Below are positions 45,558 through 56,765 of a DNA stretch of 64,000 nt, piece after piece. How positions within the stretch are numbered: the first letter of the stretch is position 1; every line of letters starts with the position of its first letter. The notes under the pieces are model-generated. The model searched no databases. It saw only the letters and a list, made by a program, of their open reading frames with translations, and was not told the DNA's origin. The position numbers were made by a program, and so were the translations under genes. Source of the DNA: an uncultured Spirochaetota bacterium (GTDB lineage Bacteria; Spirochaetota; Brevinematia; Brevinematales; JAOACQ01); NCBI GenBank assembly GCA_963835575.1, contig CAWIGG010000006.1:368857-432856 (forward strand). Direction: 5' to 3'.

Positions 45558-46892
45558 TCCGACTTCAAGACATAGGTTACACTTTAGCTTCAGGACATCG
45601 GTAACCCTTTTTGAGTACAAAATGCCCTTGAATTACTATTTCAGTATAGACCTAAATATAAAAGTATTCAAGTCCATACTACCTATCAGATTATTTTCAA
45701 ACCACACATCCATAAAAGCTTTGCTTTTACTTTTTAAACCAATATGATAACCATCCAACGCATTTGTAATAAATACACGCCGACCTTTATAATAAATGTA
45801 ACCTCTGTTATTAACCTTTCTGCTGATGTATCCCTTGGGATATACAACCCAATCGGCTATCCCATCATAACTCCTAACCGATTTTATATAGACCATTGCT
45901 GGTGTTTTCATTCCAAGGCTTTCATGCGGTCTTTCCTCGTTGAACTCTTTTCTCCATTCGTTGAATACTGCCTGGTGCAGCTTCAGGCTACCGCTGATTT
46001 TGTTTTCCAGTTCCTTTTTCATATCCAGGTGCATCCTTTCATGTGCTCCGTTCTGATAGGGAGAGCCGGGATCAATTCTGTCCAGCTTTATGCCCAGAGA
46101 CAACCACCATGCTGATAGTCTGGTTAAACCAAGTAAACCCTGTGTACTGGCAAACGGCGGCCCATTATCGGATTTTATCATACTCGGTAATCCATATTGC
46201 TTGAAGAGTCTGTCAAATTCAAATTTGACGGAACTAATATCACCTTTTTGCAGTATGGCTATGGATAAAATATATTTGGAATAATCATCACGTACTGTAA
46301 GTGGTTCGCATCTTTCCTGCTCGGAGGTATACCACCAGCCTTTGAAATCCACTGTCCAGATATCATTTGGTTTTTTCGGTGCTACCCTGTTCTGTATTCT
46401 TTCCGGATGTATGTGTCGTCTTCTTTTCCTTAATTCTACAAATCCGGCCTTTTTCAATATCCTTTCGACAGTGCTTAATGAAGGAATTTTATTATCCGGG
46501 TGGTTCCTGACATAAACCGACCTGATTTTCTTAGGTCCCCAATTCTGCTTCGTTTGCTTGATACGGATGATCTCGCAGATTATTTCTTCAGAAAGTTGAT
46601 TAGGGCTTGAAAGCGGTTTCCTAGATTTTTCTTGAAGACCGGACAACCCTTCTTCATAAAACCTTTCTTTCCACTTATAACCGGTTTTTGTGCTGATCCC
46701 ATATTCAGTACAAAGCTCGGTAAAGTTCACACCTTTTTGGAATGACTTTTCAATAAAAGCTAATTTCAGCTTCATGATATTAACCTCCTTCCAGGGCATT
46801 GTCAGCCTCCTTAATGAGATCTGACCTAATTATACCTGGAAAGTGTTACCTATGTCCTGAAGCTTTTCCGTTACCTATGTCCTGATTTCACA
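45558..46892 (-). mobile_element. IS481-family insertion sequence (transposase 45636-46799)
   Basis: 'MPWKE', 'WTVDFKG', 'SDNGPPF', 'NGAHERMH'; TGT start and repeated CAGGACATAGGTAAC motifs; left end degenerate. Confidence 0.88.
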
Positions 46893-46904
46893 AGCCCGAC
46901 TTTC

Positions 46905-47081
46905 GTACAACGGTGGGTATACCTGACGTTTGCGAGCCTTAGAGCCAGGCTTGCCGCTCTTAGGCTCGCAAATGTGCCGAACTTTTTGTCTTTCTCCTCC
47001 GACCTACTTTTCAAAAAGTGAGGCTGAGCACCGCCCGGAACGCCAGTGAGGACGGAGCGGAACAGGTATACTGTGTTATCT
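46905..47081 (-). other. attC-like site 8 (177 bp)
   Basis: GTACAAC-GGT-GGGTATACCTG ... CAGGTATACTG-T-GTTATCT. Confidence 0.85.
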
Positions 47082-47099
47082 GCCGTTGCGAGAATATTT

Positions 47100-48176
47100 C
47101 TAAATAGGTTCAAACTCAATAAATTCAGCTTTATTTGTTTTGAATCTTTGTTTTCTAAAAAGACCAACTTTATTAATATTGATAATTAAACGAAATACAG
47201 AATTCTTTTTATTATATAATTCTCTTACAGCATCACCATTTTCCATATCAATTTGTCTTTTATTTGTTATAAAACCAATTTCAATAAGTTCTCCATATTT
47301 TATAATAATTGGGGAAATAGCATCATCAAATTTTCCTTTTTTATTAATCTTTAATAAATAGCATTCTTCAATTATAGGTTTGTATATTTTCCCATAAATA
47401 TACAATAAAGCTTTTTTTTGAATTAAAATAGGCTTATTACTTAAATTAGTAATAGATATTTTAAAAATCCATCTTGAATTTTTATTGATTATTTTTTCTG
47501 CAATAGGAAAAAATTGATTTGCTTTCTGATAATGTAATTCAATAAATTCTTTTAAATTACTTAAATAATGTTTTAATCCATTAATGTCCCAATATTTTAT
47601 TGTATCAATAAAGTTTGAAAATTTATCAAATAATGGTTTAGTATTTAATTTTCTACCAATTGTTGTTGTATTTTTTGGAAAAGCAATCCAATATGTCCCT
47701 TCATATTCTTTTTCGTCAAAAAATATTTTTATCTTTTCACCATTTGTTTTATCAATAGCTTCATATGGTAGAATCCTATCACCAGCAATTACTTTTGTAA
47801 TCAAGTCGTCAAAATTTTCAATTGAACATAATTTTGAAAAAATTTTTAGTATTGTATTTGAATCATCAGATTCTAATATTTCAAGTAATATATCGTTTAA
47901 ATCTTTACGAACATCTTTAATATACATACATTGCTTTAGAATTTCACCTACTTCGTTTATAGTCATATTTTTTTCAAATGAATCAATATAAACGCAATCT
48001 TTTCCAAGTTCAAAGACAGCTTCATCTTCAATAATTATCTTGTCAGATCCTTTTGTAACAGTTCCATTGACATATAAAATCTCAATGAATGGTTTTACTC
48101 TATTTTGAAATTCACGGAATAGATAACCAATTATTCCAGTTAAAGCAGATAAACCAGCTATTAAATATTCATTCAT
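47100..48176 (-). CDS. Cassette 8 hypothetical protein with N-terminal TM
   Basis: 358 aa, SD AGGAGG, fills the cassette. Confidence 0.75.
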   Translation of the reverse strand: MNEYLIAGLSALTGIIGYLFREFQNRVKPFIEILYVNGTVTKGSDKIIIEDEAVFELGKDCVYIDSFEKNMTINEVGEILKQCMYIKDVRKDLNDILLEILESDDSNTILKIFSKLCSIENFDDLITKVIAGDRILPYEAIDKTNGEKIKIFFDEKEYEGTYWIAFPKNTTTIGRKLNTKPLFDKFSNFIDTIKYWDINGLKHYLSNLKEFIELHYQKANQFFPIAEKIINKNSRWIFKISITNLSNKPILIQKKALLYIYGKIYKPIIEECYLLKINKKGKFDDAISPIIIKYGELIEIGFITNKRQIDMENGDAVRELYNKKNSVFRLIININKVGLFRKQRFKTNKAEFIEFEPI

Positions 48177-49627
48177 TTAATACCTCCTTTCATTTCTCGC
48201 AATGGCAGATAACGGTCGGCACAGGCGAAGTTTGCGAGCCTTAGAACTGCTCCGCAGTTCTTGGCGAGCAAATTTGGTGAGCCCCGCGTTTTTCTCCTGC
48301 GGCCTGCTGACGGCGGGGCGAACCCGAGGAGCGCACCCTGATTTTGCTACCCCGTTTTGCTTTTGAAGGGGAGCACCGCAGCGCATGTGCCGTGAGTCTG
48401 TCGCAAAAGCTCTTCATGTACATTTTTCATAACTTACGATAGAATATAATAAAACCATATTTAAGAGGTGTCAAATGCTGGGGAAATTCAAAAAATATAT
48501 TCGCGATCAAATCTACTGGCTGACCGTCGATCCCGACAAAATCAGGGAAAACAATCCGCTGGTCAAAGTCATTGACGATTATGTTGAGAGCTATATTTCC
48601 CCCGCTGAATTTGCCGTTAAACTGCGGAATCAAACAACGGGAGCAAAAGCGGTCAACCCTACAATGATGCTGAAAGTCCTTTTTTACAGCTTCGCGTCCG
48701 GTATTTACACTTCACGTAAAATAGAAAAAAGGATGAAAAACGACCTGAACACGATTTATCTCGCGGGAAATACCACCGTTGACCACAGTAATATCTGTAG
48801 ATTTATCAATAAATACCTGGATGAAATCGTTAGTATTTTCGGGAAAATGGTATACATTCTGGCGAAATCGGGTTTTATCAGTTATGAACTGGAAGCTATA
48901 GACGGTACAAAGATAAAGGCATCGGCCAACAGGAATTTCACGGGGAATGCGAAGGAATTCCGGGATAAAAAGGATAAAATCGAGGAAAAGATCTTAAAAA
49001 TCCTCCAGGAAACGGTGAACAGCAATACCGATGATAAATATTCCAAAAGGATGGCAAATAAACTCAAGAAGTTTGAACAGCAGAAATCCGGGATAGATAA
49101 ATTTCTGAAAACAGTTGAGGACAGGAATTTAGACGAAACGGAAAGCGTAAACCTGACAGACAAAGACGCCAGGTTAATGAAAATGAATAACGGATCAATC
49201 GGCCCCGGGTATAATTGCCAGGCCGCCGTTGACAGTAAAAATGAATTTCTCACGGGCGCGATGGTATCAGACTGCGCAAGCGACCGTAACCTTGCTGTCC
49301 CGATGATAGAGGAAGTAATGGATCACCAGGAAGAGCCGAAGGAAGACACAAAGTTCACGCTGGACGCCGGATATTTCACATCGGATAATATCCAATACGG
49401 TGAAGATAAAAAGATCGACCTTTATATCCCCGAAGGAAAAGAAGATGGAAAATCCGGACGAAACATGCCGGGGTTCCGGGTGAAACATGCCACCCAATCC
49501 GTGTGAAACATGCCGGGTAATCCGGATGAAATGTTACCACCTACCATAAGAAAAAGCGAATCAAACACGAAGAATTCCTCCGAGAATGTTAAGCTAATCC
49601 TTCTTGAAAAAATAAGAAGGAGTTGGT

Positions 49628-51184
49628 ATGCCGAACAGGAGGAAGCCTATGAAGAAAATCCGGGAAGTGATCCGGATGATCAAAGAAAACGGCCTGAGCT
49701 GCCGTGTGACATCAAAGGCCCTGGATATTTCCAGGCCAACCGTGCAAAGATATATATCCAGGTTTGAAAAAAGCGGCCTAACCATCGCGGAAATTTATGA
49801 AATGAGCGATTCTGCTTTAATTGAAATTTTCGAATCGATGGCAGAAGGTGACAGTCAGGAAGAAACCGAAAAGGATAATCTGTACAATGAATTCCCCGAA
49901 TACAGTAAGGAACTACTGCGTACAGGCGTCAATCTGAGATTGCTTTGGGAAGAATACCTGAGAAAATATCCAGGAGGCTATCGCTATTCTCAATTCTGCT
50001 ATCACTACGGCATCTGGAAAGGTTCTCTTGAAATATCCATGCACCAGGAATACAAGGCCGGAGACAAGCTTTTTGTTGATTTTACCGGCGCGAAATTTCC
50101 GATTGTAGACCGTTCCACAGGAGAAGTTATAGAGAAAGAGGTATTCGTAGCCATTCTTGGAGCAAGCCAGTATACATATGTGGAAGCGACGGATAGCCAG
50201 AAGAAAGAAGACTTAATCAGGGCTATCGAGAACGCGTTGTATTACTTCGGAGGATCACCAAGAGCCATAATACCCGATTGTTTAAAAAGCGCTGTAACGT
50301 TGGGCAATAAATATGAACCTGCAATTAATTCTGAATTTCAGAATTTTTGCAGACATTATTCTATGTGTCCCCTCCCTGCAAGACCATATAAACCGCGAGA
50401 TAAAGCACACGTTGAAAACGCCGTAAAAATCACCTACAGCTGGATATTTGCCGTTCTCAGGAATAGAGTTTTTTATACTCTGGGAGAATTGAATATTGCT
50501 ATACGGGAACAATTGGGAATCTATAATTCAAAGAAGATGCAGAAGCTCAAAGTCAGCAGGCGGGAATTTTTCGAGGAAACAGAACGGAAAGAGTTAAAAC
50601 CGCTTCCGAAGGAAAGATACAGTTTTAAAAGCTTCTCAAAAGCTAAGATCCAATTCAACTATCATGTCTGTCTCAAAGAAGATTCTCATTACTACAGCGT
50701 TCCATATCGATATAGAGGCAAAATGGCAGATATTGTTACTTCCGATCGGACAGTGGAAATATTTGTTGATAATATCCGCATTGCAGCCTATCCACGGGAC
50801 CGTAGAAAGCAAGTTTATACAACCACACATGAACATATGCCGCCCCATCACAGGTGGGTCGGAGACTGGAATCCGGAGAAGTTAACACATTGGGGTAAGT
50901 CGCTTGGTCCGGATGTTGAAGAAATGATAAAGAGAGTCCTGCAAAGCAGGGATTATCCAGAACAGGCATATAAGGTCTGTCTGGGCATCTTAAGCCTGGC
51001 CAAAAAACTCGGAAAAGAAAGGCTCGATAAAGCCTGTAAACGGGCGCTTGATTTTCAGTATTATTCATATCAGGGAATAAAGCGGATTCTGGAGAAAGGC
51101 CTGGATAATTTTGAGGAAGAATCGGTACTGTTTCCGGCCGTTAAGATGCATGAAAATATCCGCGGAAGAGAATATTTTGAATAG
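49628..51184 (+). CDS. istA: IS21 transposase
   Basis: 'GDKLFVDF', 'PDCLKSAV', 'PRDKAHVE'. Confidence 0.93.
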   Translation: MPNRRKPMKKIREVIRMIKENGLSCRVTSKALDISRPTVQRYISRFEKSGLTIAEIYEMSDSALIEIFESMAEGDSQEETEKDNLYNEFPEYSKELLRTGVNLRLLWEEYLRKYPGGYRYSQFCYHYGIWKGSLEISMHQEYKAGDKLFVDFTGAKFPIVDRSTGEVIEKEVFVAILGASQYTYVEATDSQKKEDLIRAIENALYYFGGSPRAIIPDCLKSAVTLGNKYEPAINSEFQNFCRHYSMCPLPARPYKPRDKAHVENAVKITYSWIFAVLRNRVFYTLGELNIAIREQLGIYNSKKMQKLKVSRREFFEETERKELKPLPKERYSFKSFSKAKIQFNYHVCLKEDSHYYSVPYRYRGKMADIVTSDRTVEIFVDNIRIAAYPRDRRKQVYTTTHEHMPPHHRWVGDWNPEKLTHWGKSLGPDVEEMIKRVLQSRDYPEQAYKVCLGILSLAKKLGKERLDKACKRALDFQYYSYQGIKRILEKGLDNFEEESVLFPAVKMHENIRGREYFE

Positions 51185-51196
51185 GAGGAACTGAAT

Positions 51197-51940
51197 ATGA
51201 CCAATGAAGCAACTATTGAAAAAATGCAGAAGATGAAACTGCATGGGATGTCCAGGGCGTTTGAGGATATCATTGCCGGTAAAACGCCTGACGGCCTGAC
51301 TGCCGATGAAACAATTGCGCATCTTGTGGATTCGGAATGGGACGAAAGGTATAATCGGAAACTGTCATCTTTAATCAAAAGAGGGCGTTTCAGATATCAG
51401 GCTGGTCTGGAGAATCTTTCTTACCGTGCGGATAGAGAACTGGATAAAAATCTGATATTGAGGCTTTCGAATTGTGATTGGATACGAAAGAAAGAAAATA
51501 TGATTATTACAGGCGCTACCGGCAGCGGGAAAAGCTATCTTGCATCAGCTTTCGGTAATCAGGCTTGCCGGCAGGGCTACAGGACCCTTTATTTCAACTG
51601 TTTGAAGATTTTTACCCGGTTAAAATTCGCAAAAGCGGAAGGTAGTTACTCAAAAGAAATGAATTTTATCCAGAAGCAGGATTTATTGATACTGGATGAT
51701 TTTGGTCTTGAAATTCTTGATACACCCTCAAGATTGTCTCTTCTGGAAATGCTTGAGGACCGGCATGGTAAAAACTCTACTTTGATAACTTCTCAGCTGC
51801 CGGTAAAAGATTGGTTTGAAAAAATCGGTGATCCTACGATAGCTGACGCAATCTGTGACAGGATAAATCATTCTGCTATTAAAATCGAATTGAAGGGGGT
51901 TGATTCTATGCGTAAAATTTATGCTAAAGATTCTGGATGA
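51197..51940 (+). CDS. istB: IS21 helper ATPase
   Basis: 'GATGSGKS', 'LLILDDFG', 'ADAICDR'. Confidence 0.93.
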   Translation: MTNEATIEKMQKMKLHGMSRAFEDIIAGKTPDGLTADETIAHLVDSEWDERYNRKLSSLIKRGRFRYQAGLENLSYRADRELDKNLILRLSNCDWIRKKENMIITGATGSGKSYLASAFGNQACRQGYRTLYFNCLKIFTRLKFAKAEGSYSKEMNFIQKQDLLILDDFGLEILDTPSRLSLLEMLEDRHGKNSTLITSQLPVKDWFEKIGDPTIADAICDRINHSAIKIELKGVDSMRKIYAKDSG

Positions 51941-52745
51941 AACATGCCACCTGCCTTAAAATGTTTTGGGAATTTTAGTGTTTTGAAAAGTGGTAACATT
52001 TCGCCCGGAACCCCGGCACATTTCACCGGAATACGCAAAGAAGAAGACGGAAGTCCGAAAAAGAGAAAGAACAAGGATAAAATAACATCCAAAGACTGTG
52101 AATTAATAATTGACGGTAATATCAGGAAAATCAAATGCCCCGGAGGCCAGATTATGTGCGCGGAAAGAGCTTATAATGATCGGGGAGTCAAGAATTACCG
52201 TTTCTATCCAAAGCGCGAGTTGTGCAGGAAATGCAAGCTGCTTTCAAATTGCGCCGGTAAGCTGGAAGCATTAAAAAACAAACGGTTTAATGTAAAATAT
52301 GAATATTTTGAAACGGTTGAATTAAGGCGCAAGATGAAGGAAAAGCTTAGGAGTATTGAAGGTAAAAGAACTTATAATGAACGTGCCTGCCTGATCGAGC
52401 ACATTTTCGGGACGATAAAAGAATACTTCAACTTCGGAAGGTTTTACTACCGCGGTCTGGATAGTGTAAACACTATCTGGCATATGGTCTGCATTGCGTA
52501 CAATTTCAGGAAAATGGCGGCTTTGGGGATTAAATTGTAGGATTAGGGGCAGGAGATACAGTTAAAATCCGGACTGAATGATCATATTACCCGGGATGGT
52601 TTGTAAAATTATTAAATAAGCCATTTCAATATGACATCGCTGATTCATTTTATTGCTTTTGCGACAGACTCCCGTGTTGTGCGATGGCCGGGCCAATAAT
52701 TATATAATTATGATAAGCCACGGATGGCGTTTTGTGATAATATAT

Positions 52746-53210
52746 TTAATCGGCAATTGTTGTTAAATATTTTTTAGAAAGACGTTCTAAACCACTACCG
52801 ATTGTGCTAATTTTATCAGGATATCCTTCATGTGCGTATTTAATATATTCTTTAACACCTTTATTTTTTGTTAAAATATATAGAATGTCTAAAAAAGAAT
52901 CCGAATCTTCCTTTTTAATAAGTTTCAGGGAATCGTAATAATATAAAATATCAATGTTATTTAAAAGAATGTTTAAAGGATATGAAAAATTCTTCGAATC
53001 ATTTAAATTATTTAGACTTTCGTTTTCTAACTTCTCATATAAATCTGATAACTCATGATTATTCAGTTCATTATAGAGATTTTTTATTAACTCAATTCTT
53101 TTCAACTGAAAATCTTTTCTGTACCTAAAAAAGGCCAGGAATAATCCTAAAATTCCAAGAATGGTGATAAAATTAGCAATCACTTTGATAATTTCAGCTA
53201 CTTCTTTCAT
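52746..53210 (-). CDS. Cassette 7 hypothetical protein with N-terminal TM
   Basis: 154 aa, AAGGGG SD, flanked by GCCATCCNTGGC hairpins. Confidence 0.72.
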   Translation of the reverse strand: MKEVAEIIKVIANFITILGILGLFLAFFRYRKDFQLKRIELIKNLYNELNNHELSDLYEKLENESLNNLNDSKNFSYPLNILLNNIDILYYYDSLKLIKKEDSDSFLDILYILTKNKGVKEYIKYAHEGYPDKISTIGSGLERLSKKYLTTIAD

Positions 53211-53278
53211 AAATTTCCCCCTTATTTTCCCGCCAAGGATGGCGGGTATCTTTTATAAAAAGCCTTGGCCCGGCTTTC

Positions 53279-53501
53279 GCACAACGGCAGGCATACACGA
53301 CGTTTCGCGGCCCGTCAGGGTTGGCACGTGTTTTTGCCATCTTGCTGTAAAGCTTTACTATAAATACTATCATTTTTGAACATAAGATTCCCTCTTTAAA
53401 GAAATTACAGGCAAAAATCCGTGCCAAAGCGAAATGTGGCGAAGCCTGAGCACCGCGCGCAGTTTACGAGCACGGAGCGGAACGTGTATGCCGTGTTAAA
53501 C
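53279..53501 (-). other. attC-like site 6 (223 bp)
   Basis: GCACAAC-GGC-AGGCATACACG ... CGTGTATGCCG-T-GTTAAAC. Confidence 0.85.
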
Positions 53502-53519
53502 GCAGTTTCGCCAGCAGTT

Positions 53520-54416
53520 TTATAGAACTAGCCAATTGTTATTCGAAAATATAATTGTATAGTTAATCGGACTTTTAGTTTCACTCGATAATTTAGTAAT
53601 GATAATCTTTTCATTATTAATCCATTTTACTTCTCTTATTTCAGAATCATCTCTTGAGTCTTGTAATAATTCACATTCTTTTTCAAAATTGGTTTTGTTA
53701 ATTTTCCAAATTTCAGTATGATTTATTGAATATACACCATAAGAAGCAATTAAAAATCTATTAGTATTTGGAGAAAATAATGGTATGTTATTAATCTTCT
53801 TTGAAAATCCATTTCTAAAATTAATTAACAAAAAATCACCACCTTCATAATAAATATCTTCTACTAGATAATAGCCTATATCATTAAGAAAATCATAATA
53901 ACAATAGTGATCTCCTTTTTCATCATCATTATTTGGATAATAAAGCTTCTTTTCATTAATTAAATTGATAGCTAACCCATTATTATTTCGATTAAAAAAA
54001 TCTGATTGGTTTGATAATTGATATTTTTCAATAGCTTTTGCTGCCTCATAACCATTATCATATTTTGATATAATTGATTTTAAAATTATCTCTCTATTAT
54101 TAATAAAATTAGAATTAAATTGAACTGGTTCTAAAAATCCACCGAAAATATAACCAGTGGAACTATCATCAAGAGTAATCTTATACCAATAGTTTTGGTG
54201 ATTTTTAATTTTAGAAATAATATTAGTTAAAAACAAATCAGTTAACAAGCTTCCATGATTTAATTGTAAAAGTATTTTGGACTTTATATTAGGTTTTTCT
54301 CTTACGAATGATGAAGAAGCTGTTACTTTGCATATTTGATCAGGATAAAATCGAACAATTTTTGTAGAACAACTTGTGAAAATAATAATAATAAAAAGTA
54401 TTAATATTCTATTCAT
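53520..54416 (-). CDS. Cassette 6 lipoprotein with SH3b-like domain
   Basis: Lipobox 'FTSC'; 'VREKPN..SKI..L..G...WYKI...GYIFGGFL'. Confidence 0.75.
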   Translation of the reverse strand: MNRILILFIIIIFTSCSTKIVRFYPDQICKVTASSSFVREKPNIKSKILLQLNHGSLLTDLFLTNIISKIKNHQNYWYKITLDDSSTGYIFGGFLEPVQFNSNFINNREIILKSIISKYDNGYEAAKAIEKYQLSNQSDFFNRNNNGLAINLINEKKLYYPNNDDEKGDHYCYYDFLNDIGYYLVEDIYYEGGDFLLINFRNGFSKKINNIPLFSPNTNRFLIASYGVYSINHTEIWKINKTNFEKECELLQDSRDDSEIREVKWINNEKIIITKLSSETKSPINYTIIFSNNNWLVL

Positions 54417-54442
54417 ATCATAACTCCTGCTGGTGAAATTGC

Positions 54443-54580
54443 GTTTAACGGTCGGCATAGCTGACGTTTCTGAGCCTTAGAAAACGTTAGTTTTCTTGGC
54501 GAAGAAATGTGTCCGAAGGACCGAGGAGCGCCCGGAGCCCGCAGGCGAGGACGCACCGGAGCAGCTATGCCGTGTTATGC
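54443..54580 (-). other. attC-like site 5 (138 bp)
   Basis: GTTTAAC-GGT-CGGCATAGCTG ... CAGCTATGCCG-T-GTTATGC. Confidence 0.85.
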
Positions 54581-54867
54581 GATGCCGGCTCTCGACTTCC
54601 ACCTCGCACGGCAAACCTAATTGTAATATTTTCAACTAAATATATCAACTATGAAAATGGATTTCCCGTTCTTTTATTCCGTTTCATTTTTTTTAATTTC
54701 AAGATTTAAAAATCAACAAAGTATGAAAATTAAAAATCCAGTTTTCCCTTTTTCCAAAATTTTAAACCTTAAAGTTCAAACATCAACCGGTTTGCCGTGC
54801 CCTTCCAGAAACAGACCCTTCAGCTTTTTGTTTTTCAGAACTGAATCCAGCAGCCGGTTTCGCATAA
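54581..54867. other. ORF-less cassette 5 body
   Basis: No convincing ORF; internal IR GCACGGCAAACC ... GGTTTGCCGTGC. Confidence 0.7.
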
Positions 54868-55038
54868 CGGTCGGCGTTTGCGAAGCCGGCGAGGCTTAGA
54901 GCTTCGCTCTTGCCGAGCCGGTTTGGTGAGCCTTGCGTTGCGCTTCTCCGGCCTACCTATGGCAAGGCGAACCCGAGCACCGCAGCCCGTAGCGACTGAG
55001 CGGAGGGCGAGGAGCACAGCGCAAACGCCGTGTTGGGC
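54862..55038 (-). other. attC-like site 4 (177 bp)
   Basis: GCATAAC-GGT-CGGCGTTTGCG ... CGCAAACGCCG-T-GTTGGGC. Confidence 0.85.
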
Positions 55039-55056
55039 GAATGTAGCGTGCGACTT

Positions 55057-55551
55057 TTATAATTTAAGCATTTCTGCATGTGCTTTTTTCGTTGCAGCAT
55101 TGAAAGTATCATTCATTTCTATCATTTTATCGAAACTTCCGCCTTTTTTTAACATATCAGAAATATATGATAATATTTCAGTTGCTTTTTCTATCACATC
55201 TTTTCGATTAATTGGTGACAATGATGTAAGTCTTTTTATTCTCATTTCAAGTTCTGGTAATTTTGAATTAAGCTCAGTGCATTCTTTTTGATATTTTATT
55301 CCAATTTCGTTATTTACATCTTTTAATGATTTTAATTGATGTAATAATGTCATATATCGTTCAACACATTCCATAAATTCTTTACAGGATAGAAAAAACT
55401 CATCCGCCCATTTTCTATTAAAATCATATTTTTTTGATACTTCATTTTTAATACTTTCAATACGGCGTAATATAATTATTCCAAAGATGCTTGCAATTAT
55501 AGGTGTTAGAAGAGATACAACAACTTTTGTATATTCAATGTTCCAATTCAT
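55057..55551 (-). CDS. Cassette 4 hypothetical protein with N-terminal TM
   Basis: 164 aa, SD AAGGAGG. Confidence 0.75.
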   Translation of the reverse strand: MNWNIEYTKVVVSLLTPIIASIFGIIILRRIESIKNEVSKKYDFNRKWADEFFLSCKEFMECVERYMTLLHQLKSLKDVNNEIGIKYQKECTELNSKLPELEMRIKRLTSLSPINRKDVIEKATEILSYISDMLKKGGSFDKMIEMNDTFNAATKKAHAEMLKL

Positions 55552-55591
55552 ATTTTATGTCCTCCTTAATAATATATCCGCACGCTATTTC

Positions 55592-55761
55592 GCCCAACGT
55601 TTTGCGGCTAAACGAAGCCGCTGAGCCGTACAGCTCCGCTGTAGGCGAAGCGGTTTGGTGAGCCCTGCGTCCTTCTTCACCGTCCTACCCACGGCAGGGC
55701 GAGCCCGAGGAACGGAGCCGTCGCAACGGCGAGTACCGCAGCGTTTTAGCCGCTGTTAAGC
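55592..55761 (-). other. attC-like site 3 (170 bp)
   Basis: GCCCAAC ... GCGGCTAAACG ... CGTTTTAGCCGC-T-GTTAAGC. Confidence 0.85.
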
Positions 55762-56765
55762 GATGGCCGGCATTCTGTTACAAACCAATTTAATCCGCAC
55801 GATATTTTAACAAAAAAGGAATTCTATAACAAGATTCTTTAAGATTATTAGAAAGCTTATAATAAAGTCGGAATTAACAAAAGCGGTATTACACTTATAA
55901 TAACAAATAATCAATATCGGTATAATAAACTTTTGTAGATTTAAAACCTTAATTGAATATTTCATCAGGATTAATCAAAAAGAGTGTCGGTAGAACCCCG
56001 GGAATCAAAGAAATATTCTCCTATAATCCGCTTTTGACTTATACTATAAAACTTCGCTTTTATTCAAACAACCCAACATTACAAAATTTTTAAAAACAAA
56101 AGGCCGTGCGGATTCGGTTGTATCCAGGGAGTATTTTAAAACAAGCTTTAATCGCATTAAAATCTGCCGGCTTTCGCTTAACGTTTCGCGGCTAAACGAA
56201 GCCGCTGAGCCGTACAGCTCCGCTGTAGGCGAAGCGGTTTGGTGAGCCCTGCGTCCTTCTTCACCGTCCTACCCACGGCAGGGCGAACCCGAGGAACGGA
56301 GCCGTCGCAACGGCGAGTACCGCAGCGTTTTAGCCGCTGTTAAGCGATGGCCGGCATTCTGTTACAAACCATTTTAATCCGCACGATATTTTAACAAAAA
56401 AGGAAATCTATAACAAGATTCTTTAAGATTATCAGAAAGCTTATAATAAAGTCGGAATTAACAGGAGCGGTATTACACTTATAATAACAAATAATCAATA
56501 TCGGTATAATAAACTTTTGTAGATTTAAAACCTTAATTGAATATTTCATCAGGATTAATCAAAAAGAGTGTCGGTAGAACCCCGGAAATCAAAGAAATAT
56601 TCTCCTATAACCCGCTTTTGACTTATACTTTAAAACTTCGCTTTTATTCAAACAACCCAACATTACAAAATTTTTAAAAACAAAAGGCCGTGCGGATTCG
56701 GTTGTATCCAAGGAGTATTTTAGCATAAGCTTTAATCGCTTTTAAATCTGCCGGCTTTCGCTTAA
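55598..56765. repeat. Tandem near-identical ORF-less cassettes 2 and 3 (584 bp each)
   Basis: 55598-56181 and 56182-56765 differ only by scattered substitutions. Confidence 0.9.
56176..56345 (-). other. attC-like site 2 (170 bp)
   Basis: Near-identical to attC 3. Confidence 0.85.

Larger units (their letters stand above)
49446..52037 (+). mobile_element. IS21-family insertion sequence
   Basis: TG...CA ends, repeated GAAACATGCC motifs, 7-bp TSD AAGAAGA. Confidence 0.92.
48394..52671 (+). mobile_element. IS1182-family element; transposase (48475-52540) split by a nested IS21
   Basis: 17-bp perfect TIR GAGTCTGTCGCAAAAGC; 4-bp TSD CCGT; frame restored as 'IPEGKEEDGSP' after removing the nested IS. 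Confidence 0.9.
48207..52682 (-). other. attC-like site 7 (about 194 bp once the IS is removed)
   Basis: AGATAAC-GGT-CGGCACAGGCG ... CGCATGTGCCG-T-[IS]-GTTGTGC. Confidence 0.8.

Noticed and set aside
48177..48423. Short ORFs over attC sites (also 46871-47167, 53194-53427, 54509-54709, 54835-55017, 42918-43168)
   Set aside because: They are translations of GC-rich palindromic attC DNA with no SD or protein-like features.
55598..56765. Tandem copies as a DGR template/variable repeat pair
   Set aside because: Non-coding, differences are not restricted to adenines, and the boundaries coincide with cassette crossovers.
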